Of a stretch of 64,000 nt of DNA, positions 45,259 through 53,221 are shown one piece after another (positions within the stretch are counted from its first letter, which is position 1; each line of letters opens with the position of its first letter). The stretch is from positions 3,401 through 67,400 of the forward strand of contig CASDRY010000143.1 of the NCBI GenBank assembly GCA_949283235.1. The letters run 5' to 3'. The position numbers and the translations under genes were made by a program. The notes beneath the pieces are model-generated. The model made no database searches. It was not told the DNA's origin and saw nothing but the letters and a program-made list of their open reading frames with translations. This DNA comes from an uncultured Spirochaetales bacterium. GTDB taxonomy: Bacteria; Spirochaetota; Spirochaetia; Sphaerochaetales; Sphaerochaetaceae.

Positions 45259-46978
45259 ACTGACTTCGATAGAGGGAGGCATAGAAACCTCCCTTTTCCA
45301 TCAAGGATGAATGGGTTCCTGATTCTATCACATCACCATCTTTAACAACGAGAATCAAATCAGCATTTCTGATGGTGGAGAGCCTATGAGCAACAATGAA
45401 TGAAGTGCGCCCTTTCATCAGATGCATGAAAGCTTCCTGTATAAGCATCTCGGTTCTGGTATCTATTGATGATGTTGCCTCATCAAGAATAAGCATATCA
45501 GGGTCTGTAAGCATTATCCTCGATATCGAGATAAGCTGTTTCTGCCCCGCAGAAATTCCATCGCTATCATCGGAGACATATGCATCATAGCCTTCAGGAA
45601 GAGATGCGATAAATGTATCGATATGGGCAAGCTTTGCAGCTCTAGCTATCTCCTCATCTGTGGCATCAGGCTTTCCAAGTGCAATGTTTTCCCTTATCGT
45701 ACCACTTTTAAGCCATGTATCCTGCAGAACCATTCCGAAACTCTTTCTGAGCGAGGATCTCTTAACTCCCGAGATATCCTCACCATCTATTCTTATCCTG
45801 CCACTCTGAGGGTCATAGAATCTCATCAGGAGATTTATGATAGTGGTCTTTCCAGAGCCTGTAGGCCCTACTATCGCAACTCTCATTCCAGGTTTCACTG
45901 AAAGTGTCAGGTCCTTTATGAACTCACAATCAGGCGTATAGGAGAATCTAAGATGCTCTATATCAACCTGTCCTGATGAGACTGCAAGAGAAGGAAGAGC
46001 TGCATCGCTTTTCTCCTCCGCTGTTTCAAGGAAGTCAAAGATACGCGAAGCAGATGCAAGTGCATTCTGCAGCTCTGTAACTACCCCTGATATCTCATTG
46101 AATGGCTTTGTATACTGGGAAGCATAGCTGAGAATTGAAGTAAGACCGCCTATGGACATCATTCCATAGAGAGCTGAAATACCTCCTGAAAGGGCAACTC
46201 CTGTATAGACAAGGCTGTTAACGAATCTTGTGACAGGATTCGTAAGTGATGAGTAGAATGTCGCGAGAAGAGAGTATTTGGCCCACTTCTCATTTATTCT
46301 ATCAAACTCCTCCTGGTTCTTCTTCTCCCTGCCATAAGCTGAGACAACAGATGCTCCTGTGATCATCTCGTCTATAAACGATGTCTGAGCACCTCTCGCT
46401 TCGCTCTGCTTATAGAAAAGCGTGAACGTCTTCTTAGCGATGAAAGAAGCCGTGAAAAGCGAAAGCGGAGTAACAAAAAGAACCACCAGGGCAACTATCC
46501 AGTTCACAAGGAACATCGATACAAGAGTTCCTATTATTGTAATAACTCCTGTAAAAAGCTGGGTAAAACCCATCAAGAGCCCATCGGAGACCTGATCCGC
46601 GTCTGTTATGATTCTCGATACGATATCTCCATGGGGATGGCCGTCTATGTATGAAAGAGGCAAATTCTGCAGGTGCTGAAAAGCTTCCGCTCTTATATCC
46701 CTGGATATCCCATACGCCATAGCATTATTGACTCTGTTCATCAGATACTGGGCAAGGGATGTGATCAAAGCAGAGATAACCATCAGAGACAGAAGGAAGA
46801 AAAACAGCTTTCCATCCCCTGAGGCTATTGCATCTATCGCTTTACCTGTAAAAAGGGGAAAGACTATTGTGAATATGACGGAGACAAGCGCAAAGAAGAG
46901 GGAAAAGAGAAGCTTCACCCTATAAGGCTTTATATACCCTCCAACTTTTCCCAGCACCGAGAAATCGAGCTTCTTCAT
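45248..46978 (-). CDS. ABC exporter half-transporter (permease plus ATPase), canonical-Walker-B subunit with degenerate signature
   Basis: Six TM helices plus an NBD. Walker A GPTGSGKTT, Walker B LILDEATS, H-loop AHRLST, but the signature is ISAGQ instead of LSGGQ. Confidence 0.85.
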   Translation of the reverse strand: MKKLDFSVLGKVGGYIKPYRVKLLFSLFFALVSVIFTIVFPLFTGKAIDAIASGDGKLFFFLLSLMVISALITSLAQYLMNRVNNAMAYGISRDIRAEAFQHLQNLPLSYIDGHPHGDIVSRIITDADQVSDGLLMGFTQLFTGVITIIGTLVSMFLVNWIVALVVLFVTPLSLFTASFIAKKTFTLFYKQSEARGAQTSFIDEMITGASVVSAYGREKKNQEEFDRINEKWAKYSLLATFYSSLTNPVTRFVNSLVYTGVALSGGISALYGMMSIGGLTSILSYASQYTKPFNEISGVVTELQNALASASRIFDFLETAEEKSDAALPSLAVSSGQVDIEHLRFSYTPDCEFIKDLTLSVKPGMRVAIVGPTGSGKTTIINLLMRFYDPQSGRIRIDGEDISGVKRSSLRKSFGMVLQDTWLKSGTIRENIALGKPDATDEEIARAAKLAHIDTFIASLPEGYDAYVSDDSDGISAGQKQLISISRIMLTDPDMLILDEATSSIDTRTEMLIQEAFMHLMKGRTSFIVAHRLSTIRNADLILVVKDGDVIESGTHSSLMEKGGFYASLYRSQFSS

Positions 46979-48687
46979 TCCTCACCTCCGAACTGGGATG
47001 AGTAGATTTCCTTGTAGACATCACATCTATCGAGAAGCTCCTGATGCTTTCCGATATCTACTATTTCTCCCCTATCCATAACTATTATCCTGTCCATCGA
47101 CATCAAAGAGCCAGCTCTCTGGGACACTGTTATAACTGTCATATTCCCAAGCTTCGAGAGATTATGTCTGAGCCTCGATTCAGTTGCATAGTCAAGTGCA
47201 GATGTTGAGTCATCGAGAATGAGGATTTCCGGTTTTCTGACAAGAGCTCTTGCAATGGAAAGTCTCTGTCTCTGCCCTCCTGAAAGATTCTTACCGCCTT
47301 CCTCGACCATGGATAGAATTCCATCTTTCTTCTCGGAGACGAAATCATAGGCCTCTGCCATTTTAAGTGCTTCGACCACCTCTTCATCTGTAGCATCCGG
47401 CTTTCCCCAAAGAATGTTGTCCTTGATGCTTCCTTTGAAAAGAAGCGCTTTCTGCTGCACATATCCAATACGGCTTCTCAATGCGCTTCGCTTCCATCTC
47501 AGCGTGCTGTGCCCAAGGACGGAAACACTACCTTCGCTTGCGTCATAGAATCTCGGGATAAGCGATACCAGAGTGGTCTTTCCTGAACCAGTTCCCCCGA
47601 TAACCCCTATTCTCTCTCCTTTCTTGATTGTGAAATCCGCGCCTTTGAGCGATGGCTCTCCACCTTCTCTGTATGTAAGGGAGACAGAGCGGAAAGACAC
47701 AGCCTCATCTCCTTCCTCTTCATCATAAGCATTCTCTGCATCGATCATTGATGGAGAGACACTGAAAACGCTCTCTATCCTCTTCCAGGAAGCCACTGCT
47801 CTGGAGATTGTTATGATGAGGTTAGCAAGCTTTATAAGCTCTGTAAGAATCTGGCTCATATAATTCACAAGAGCTACTATCGCACCGACTTCAATAAGGC
47901 CGAGGGAGAATTTATCACGTCCCGCATTAATAAGAACAGCGACAGCAAGATTTATGATTGCATATGTAAGGGGATTAAGAAGCGCAGATATCCTTCCAGA
48001 TGAGAGCTGGACACCCATCAATGCTGAAAGCTCTGAGGAGAAAGCCTTTTTCTCGCTCTCTTCCTTTCCGAACGCTCTCAGGACTCTTATTCCTGAAAGA
48101 TTCTCCCTTACCCTTCCAAGAAGCTTGTCCAATGCGCTCTGAACATTTTTATACATCGGGACTGTACGACGCATTATCAAAAAGACAACAAGACCAAGGA
48201 TTGGAATAACAACTGCAAAGATAAGTGCAAGCGAGCTGTCTACGGTGAATGCCATTATCGCGGCTCCGAAGACAACGAAAGGAGACCTCATGAAGAGACG
48301 GAGAAACATGTTTATTCCGTTCTGTACGAGGTTTGAATCGCTTGTAAGCCTTGTTATAAGAGTAGGATTACCAATCCTGTCCCTATCGCTCTCGGAAAGC
48401 TCTGTGATGTGTCTATAAAGAGCACTCTTCATCTTCACGGCGAAGCCAGTTGCAGCCTTTGCTGCAAAGTACTGAGCTGTAACTGAAGACAAGAGCCCTA
48501 TAACACCAAGGGCAACCATCAAAAGGGCCATCATCAGTATGTGATGCATATCGCCCTTCGCTATTCCGTTATCAATAAGCGAAGCAACAGCAAGGGGCAC
48601 ACAAAGCTCAAACACCGCTTCCAGCAATTTGAAAAGCGGTGCGAGTATGCTTTCTTTTCTGAAATCCTTAAGAAACGAGAAGAACAT
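46975..48687 (-). CDS. ABC exporter half-transporter (permease plus ATPase), degenerate-site subunit
   Basis: Walker A GGTGSGKTT and signature LSGGQRQR. Walker B is ILILDDSTS (Asp replaces the catalytic Glu) and the H-loop is SQR instead of HR. ATGA overlap with its partner. Confidence 0.85.
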   Translation of the reverse strand: MFFSFLKDFRKESILAPLFKLLEAVFELCVPLAVASLIDNGIAKGDMHHILMMALLMVALGVIGLLSSVTAQYFAAKAATGFAVKMKSALYRHITELSESDRDRIGNPTLITRLTSDSNLVQNGINMFLRLFMRSPFVVFGAAIMAFTVDSSLALIFAVVIPILGLVVFLIMRRTVPMYKNVQSALDKLLGRVRENLSGIRVLRAFGKEESEKKAFSSELSALMGVQLSSGRISALLNPLTYAIINLAVAVLINAGRDKFSLGLIEVGAIVALVNYMSQILTELIKLANLIITISRAVASWKRIESVFSVSPSMIDAENAYDEEEGDEAVSFRSVSLTYREGGEPSLKGADFTIKKGERIGVIGGTGSGKTTLVSLIPRFYDASEGSVSVLGHSTLRWKRSALRSRIGYVQQKALLFKGSIKDNILWGKPDATDEEVVEALKMAEAYDFVSEKKDGILSMVEEGGKNLSGGQRQRLSIARALVRKPEILILDDSTSALDYATESRLRHNLSKLGNMTVITVSQRAGSLMSMDRIIVMDRGEIVDIGKHQELLDRCDVYKEIYSSQFGGEE

Positions 48688-48690
48688 CTA

Positions 48691-50274
48691 TCAATATCTT
48701 CTGAGAATTTCCACGACCCTGTCCCTTCCACAGGCTTTGAGGAAGGAAGCAAGCTTCGGTCCCTTGTCCTTTGCGATAAGAGCCTGATAGATAAGACGGA
48801 AGAAGTCTGCATTCTCCATTTCATTATCCTTTGCTGTCTGGTAGATATACTCGGAGAACTCCTTCTCTGAAAGCTCATCGAGATATTTATCAGCAAAGTC
48901 AGCAAGTTCCATTATCGCAGCTTTTTCCTTATCGTCAGCTTCATAGAGATCACCATCCCCGCGAAGAGCGAACTTGAACTCCTCCGGAGCATACTTCTCA
49001 AGCCATGTCCAGGCACACTTCATCCTCACGCGAAGCCTTTCCTTCTGGCTTTCAGTAGCATCCGGGAATCTCTCAAGCACCTTCTCTACATCGCCTGAAT
49101 AGATCTGAAGATAATTGCAGAGATGCCTGAATGGTATCTGATACCCCGGCTCTGTCGGGATATTCTTATCATCAATCTGAGAAAGTTCGTAAATCCTCTT
49201 CTCTTTCTCAGCTTTCTTCTCATTGACCTTCATCAAGCCGAAGTAGATTCTCTCGGTATTGTCATAATCCTCATAGATTTTGAGAACATCGAGATCAAAG
49301 GATATAGCGAACTCTGATGATGGACGTGTTCCGACAAATAGATAACGAACTATCTCTGGTGGATAGACTTCGAGAACATCATAAAGATCTACAACATCTC
49401 CGCTTGAAGATGAGATCTTACCACCATGTCCCTTGATCTGGACAAAATCATAGCGCATTGTAACAGGAGCTTCCCCACCGAAGACCTTAACAACATTCTT
49501 TGAAGTATCGTAGGAACCGCCTTCTGTCAGATGATCCTTTCCACCTGGCTCGAAATCAACCCCTTCCTTAACCCATCTCATAGGCCAGTCAATACGCCAA
49601 GGAAGCTTTGTATTAGGAGTCTTCCTGATATCTATTGTCTCAGTCTTGCCAAGCTCATCATCGCGGTATGTGATTCCATACTCACCATCCCAGTCCAGAA
49701 CAGTTGTCGTATCCTTGTTCGTGAATGATGAGAAGACAGCAACAGGCCACCATGATTCAGGAAGCGGTTCTGTTCTATATTCATTGAGGATGTTTCTTAT
49801 CTCATCTCTATGCTCGAGTGCGTGCTTTATATCCTCTGCATAGTATGAAGCTCTATAGCGCTCTGCCTGATACAGATACTCAGGGAAGACACCCACTGCA
49901 GGAAGAATATCCTCGACTGCCTTCTCATTTGCCCTTGCATAGTTCTCAGCACGTCCAGTTGTATCGGGGACGAGAGTTATAGGGAAACGAAGATACTTTT
50001 CAAGCTTTTCAGGATCAGGCATATTCTTCGGAACTTTTCTGAATACATCGTAATCATCCCAGCTGTAAATAAACCTAACGTTCTTGCCCTTTTCGCGAAG
50101 AGCTCTTACTACAAGCTCTACTGTTATGATCTCTCTGAAATTTCCGATATGAACAGTTCCAGATGGGGTGATACCGGAAGCACAGGTATAGAGAGCCTTG
50201 TCTCCCTTCTCACGGATTATCTTATCTGCTGTGATATCTGCCCAATGGGTACTCTGATTCTGAATCTCACTCAT
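48691..50274 (-). CDS. lysK: lysine--tRNA ligase, class I
   Basis: The Rossmann-type HIGH motif (TVHIGNFREI) and a KMSKS-like GGKISSSSG place it in class I rather than the usual bacterial class II LysS. 527 aa. Confidence 0.88.
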   Translation of the reverse strand: MSEIQNQSTHWADITADKIIREKGDKALYTCASGITPSGTVHIGNFREIITVELVVRALREKGKNVRFIYSWDDYDVFRKVPKNMPDPEKLEKYLRFPITLVPDTTGRAENYARANEKAVEDILPAVGVFPEYLYQAERYRASYYAEDIKHALEHRDEIRNILNEYRTEPLPESWWPVAVFSSFTNKDTTTVLDWDGEYGITYRDDELGKTETIDIRKTPNTKLPWRIDWPMRWVKEGVDFEPGGKDHLTEGGSYDTSKNVVKVFGGEAPVTMRYDFVQIKGHGGKISSSSGDVVDLYDVLEVYPPEIVRYLFVGTRPSSEFAISFDLDVLKIYEDYDNTERIYFGLMKVNEKKAEKEKRIYELSQIDDKNIPTEPGYQIPFRHLCNYLQIYSGDVEKVLERFPDATESQKERLRVRMKCAWTWLEKYAPEEFKFALRGDGDLYEADDKEKAAIMELADFADKYLDELSEKEFSEYIYQTAKDNEMENADFFRLIYQALIAKDKGPKLASFLKACGRDRVVEILRRY

Positions 50275-50342
50275 AATAGGAAATTATGCACTTAAGAGCG
50301 GAGGCTTTGCAACCATACACCTATTGTAGCTATAATGCTCTC

Positions 50343-50951
50343 ATGAAAAGACCGCTTTCCTTTATTCTTGTATCGATTTTCCTTCTTGCATCGCTTAATG
50401 CGGAGATGGCGTCATGGTATACAGCCACAGTTCCTGGCTACTTTACTGAAAGCGGCACCCTCTTCACTGACTCACAGAAAGGAGCAGCCAGTGACACTCT
50501 TCCAATGGGCTCTGTCGTGGAGCTTTCAAATCCTGCAACAGGAATCAGTGCGGTTACAACTATAATAGACAGGCTTCCTGAGCTTCCAGGAGACAGAACG
50601 ATAGCTGTAACGGAGGCGACAGCTAAGGAACTTGGAATGCTCGATACAGGGCTTGCAGATATAAATGTATCGGTAATAAGGGAAGGAACTATCAGAAGGG
50701 AGAACAATGAGAACACTGGCTGGTATTCCTTTGACCTAGGGCTTTTTCAGGATATGAAAGACCTGAAACTTAAATACACAAGACTACTTGAAAATGGCCT
50801 ACATCCGTATATTGAGATAGAAAATGAGGGTGTAAGGCTTATTGTAAGGCATGTTATGACTTATCAGCTGGAGGAGGCTGAGGATCTTATAGCGCTATCA
50901 GGGATAGAGGCTCCGGAGCCGATCTCAGAGCCTAATCCATACTCACTTTGA
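50343..50951 (+). CDS. rlpA: RlpA-like lytic transglycosylase (DPBB domain) with C-terminal SPOR domain
   Basis: Signal peptide MKRPLSFILVSIFLLASLNA. DPBB core ASWYT...GTLFTD...AASDTLPMGSVVELSN. The C-terminal 70 aa look SPOR-like. Confidence 0.75.
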   Translation: MKRPLSFILVSIFLLASLNAEMASWYTATVPGYFTESGTLFTDSQKGAASDTLPMGSVVELSNPATGISAVTTIIDRLPELPGDRTIAVTEATAKELGMLDTGLADINVSVIREGTIRRENNENTGWYSFDLGLFQDMKDLKLKYTRLLENGLHPYIEIENEGVRLIVRHVMTYQLEEAEDLIALSGIEAPEPISEPNPYSL

Positions 50952-51947
50952 TCAGAGGGAAAGCACCTGTTTCCACACAGTATCATCAACATAGACACCA
51001 AGCTTTTCGCTCTCTTCTCTCTTGCTTTTGACGCCCTCTCCCGGATAATGTATGCGGCAGCCATTCCTTGGGCTTGATGCTTTAATATACTCAAGAGTCT
51101 CTCCTATCTTAGCTTCCATGGAGGACTTGTCCGGGAAAAGACTGAGATCAAACGTCATGAATATCTGGGAAACCCCAGTCTCCTCCGAAAACTCCCCGAC
51201 TTCTTTCACAGTTCTTCCCCCAGAGATGAGAGATGCTATCAAATCAAGAGCTATCGATAGTCCCGAGCCTTTCCAGAATCCTATCGGAAGAGCTTCCATT
51301 GTGGAGGCTATGGCCTTAGGATCCTTTGTAAGATTGCCATGCTCATCAAATCCTCCATCAACAGGGCATTCCCTTCCTTCAAGGATGTATCGCTGAAGCT
51401 TTCCGTAGCTGAACATCGACATAGCGATATCTACAAGAACTGGGGTATCTTTATAAGGAATTGCAAGTACAAGCGGGTTATTCCCGATTCTAGGTTCCTT
51501 TCCGCCCCATGCAGGCATATTAGGCTTCGTGTTCGTCCAGAGAATACCAATAGCTCCATTACTTACAGCTTCAAGACCATAATTACCCGCTCTCATCCAG
51601 TGATTGGTATTATGAAGAGCAACAAGCCCTATTCCATTCTCCTTTGATAACTCAAGTGCCCTTTTCATTGCATTCCATGCATTGATATTTCCAGGCCCTT
51701 TCTTTCCATCCCATCTCTCTATGACCCCAATACGGCTTTCAAAGACTGCTTTAGCGCTCACATCTATAAAGCCTCTATCAATCATGGAGACATAGCTTGG
51801 GAATCTATTGAGACCATGGGTATAAACACCATCTGCAGACGAAGAGACAAATAGATAAGAGGACAGCTCCGCATCATTCCTCCCCATTCCACGTTTCTCT
51901 AAGATAGTTCTAAGTGTATCTTTAAGTTCATCAAAAGGTATTCTCAT
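50952..51947 (-). CDS. dlgD: Ldh_2-family oxidoreductase, 3-dehydro-L-gulonate 2-dehydrogenase-like
   Basis: Collinear with E. coli YiaK/DlgD as I recall it (GVYTHGLNRFP, GIGLVALHNTNHWMR, IGNNPLVLAIP, SMFSYG, PVDGGFDEHGNLTKDP, WKGSGLS). Confidence 0.75.
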   Translation of the reverse strand: MRIPFDELKDTLRTILEKRGMGRNDAELSSYLFVSSSADGVYTHGLNRFPSYVSMIDRGFIDVSAKAVFESRIGVIERWDGKKGPGNINAWNAMKRALELSKENGIGLVALHNTNHWMRAGNYGLEAVSNGAIGILWTNTKPNMPAWGGKEPRIGNNPLVLAIPYKDTPVLVDIAMSMFSYGKLQRYILEGRECPVDGGFDEHGNLTKDPKAIASTMEALPIGFWKGSGLSIALDLIASLISGGRTVKEVGEFSEETGVSQIFMTFDLSLFPDKSSMEAKIGETLEYIKASSPRNGCRIHYPGEGVKSKREESEKLGVYVDDTVWKQVLSL

Positions 51948-51951
51948 CAGA

Positions 51952-51993
51952 GCTAATGATAGCCTCTTATAAAAGGAATAGCTATCTGTTAGC
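51952..51993. promoter_or_regulatory. imperfect inverted repeat upstream of the antitoxin gene
   Basis: GCTAATGATAGC (51952..51963) and GCTATCTGTTAGC (51981..51993) flank a 17-nt spacer. They lie 37 nt upstream of the ATG at 52030, near a TATATT -10-like hexamer. Confidence 0.35.
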
Positions 51994-52029
51994 TAAAACG
52001 GATGGTATATTTAAGCAAAGAGGAAGAAA

Positions 52030-52311
52030 ATGTCACAAACAACATATAGTATAAGAATGGACAACAATCTAAAAGAAGAATTTGATTCTATCTGCGAGGA
52101 CTTTGAAATGACTGCAACAACTGCCTTTAATATTTTCGCCAAAGCTGTTGTCAGGGAAAGACGGATACCTTTTGAAATCAAATCTACGAACAAAGGACTT
52201 GAAGCATTCAGAAAACTCCGTGCAGAGGCAGCAGCAAATGGAATACAGGACATGAGTCTAGAAGAAATCAACGAAGAAATAAGAAAGTCCCGCAAAGGAA
52301 TTGATGTTTAA
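52030..52311 (+). CDS. RelB/DinJ-family type II antitoxin (no cognate toxin gene present)
   Basis: N-terminal ribbon-helix-helix signature YSIRMDNNLKEEFDSICEDFEMTATTAFNIFAKAVVRERRIPFEI. SD AGAGGAAG. Confidence 0.75.
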   Translation: MSQTTYSIRMDNNLKEEFDSICEDFEMTATTAFNIFAKAVVRERRIPFEIKSTNKGLEAFRKLRAEAAANGIQDMSLEEINEEIRKSRKGIDV

Positions 52312-52337
52312 TGCGGGAAGCTGTAATTGGCGAATGG

Positions 52338-52847
52338 CTACTCCTGTCTCACCAGATATGCAGGAATTCCATCTGCTGAAATCATGATTTCTCCATAATC
52401 ATCGCTGAATGTACCCAAACTCTTTTCTGTTCCATCCCAAGCTGTAATGAAGAGTGATTTGTCTGGAGCTACGCGATACTCAGCCTCGATAGGTTCCTCC
52501 CCTTCTACAGCCAACAGCACCTTTTCCTGAGATAGGAACACAAATGAGACTTCAGGAATCTCAGATTCGATCATTCCCCCTAGCATTGAATAGATAAAAT
52601 CTCGACCAAGTGCAGCCATGGAAGGATCTTCCATCATTGCAAGATCTATAAGCGGGTCTATCGTTCTCTCTATTTCAAGCTTGTATTGTTTTCCAACAAT
52701 CTCACTGGTATCGCTTTCTGCAGTGACTATCTCATATGTGCCATCATCATTGAGAATAAGAGTCTGTCCACCTCCGATATCGTAAGTAGCAGCTATCAAA
52801 GAAAAAGATGTAAGCAGAACAACTAAAACAACAAGAAACTTCCTCAT
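52338..52847 (-). CDS. hypothetical small secreted protein
   Basis: The ATG at 52847 has GGAGGG 5 nt upstream. Signal peptide MRKFLVVLVVLLTSFSLIAA. No family recognised. Confidence 0.6.
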   Translation of the reverse strand: MRKFLVVLVVLLTSFSLIAATYDIGGGQTLILNDDGTYEIVTAESDTSEIVGKQYKLEIERTIDPLIDLAMMEDPSMAALGRDFIYSMLGGMIESEIPEVSFVFLSQEKVLLAVEGEEPIEAEYRVAPDKSLFITAWDGTEKSLGTFSDDYGEIMISADGIPAYLVRQE

Positions 52848-53105
52848 GATACCCTCCAAGATAAGTGCATTATATCATAGGGATTCTTATCCAGAGTATT
52901 ATAGATAAATAGCACTGAAATACATATTTAGAACCATTTTATACCTCAATTTGGTTGTAAGTATGGGTTTGTTTTACTAATCCATAAATATTCGACAGCG
53001 GGACCATATCATTGTATGGAACTATTCTGAGTGAATACATGATTACTGACACTACCATTATTCATGGCAGCATTCCTGTAAAGAAAACCAGCAATTTCTA
53101 AGTAG

Positions 53106-53131
53106 GAAAAATTTCGCATTGCGAAAAATTT
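53106..53131. promoter_or_regulatory. 26-bp near-palindrome GAAAAATTTCGCATTGCGAAAAATTT (copy 1)
   Basis: Dyad TTTCGCA-T-TGCGAAA centred at 53119, 10 nt upstream of the predicted -35. Confidence 0.6.
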
Positions 53132-53140
53132 AATCATGCT

Positions 53141-53169
53141 TTGACCAAATAATACCTTGATAATACAAT
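53141..53169 (+). promoter_or_regulatory. sigma-70-like promoter TTGACC-17-TACAAT for the AAA ATPase gene
   Basis: Hexamers at 53141..53146 and 53164..53169 with a 17-nt spacer, about 50 nt upstream of the ATG at 53222. Confidence 0.55.
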
Positions 53170-53179
53170 ATTCATGGAT

Positions 53180-53204
53180 GAAAAATTCGCATTGCGAAAA
53201 ATTT
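53180..53204. promoter_or_regulatory. 25-bp near-palindrome GAAAAATTCGCATTGCGAAAAATTT (copy 2)
   Basis: Same element minus one T, centred at 53192 (73 bp from copy 1). It lies just downstream of the predicted transcription start and 18 nt before the ATG at 53222. Confidence 0.6.
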
Positions 53205-53221
53205 CATCAAAGGAATCTTAC

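Noticed and set aside
52311-52379. 22-codon ORF starting at the TAATG overlap with the DinJ-like gene, as a possible toxin.
   Set aside because: It is too short, shows no similarity I can see to RelE/YafQ/ParE, and overlaps the 3' end of the convergent gene. It is kept only as a possible remnant inside the orphan-antitoxin finding.
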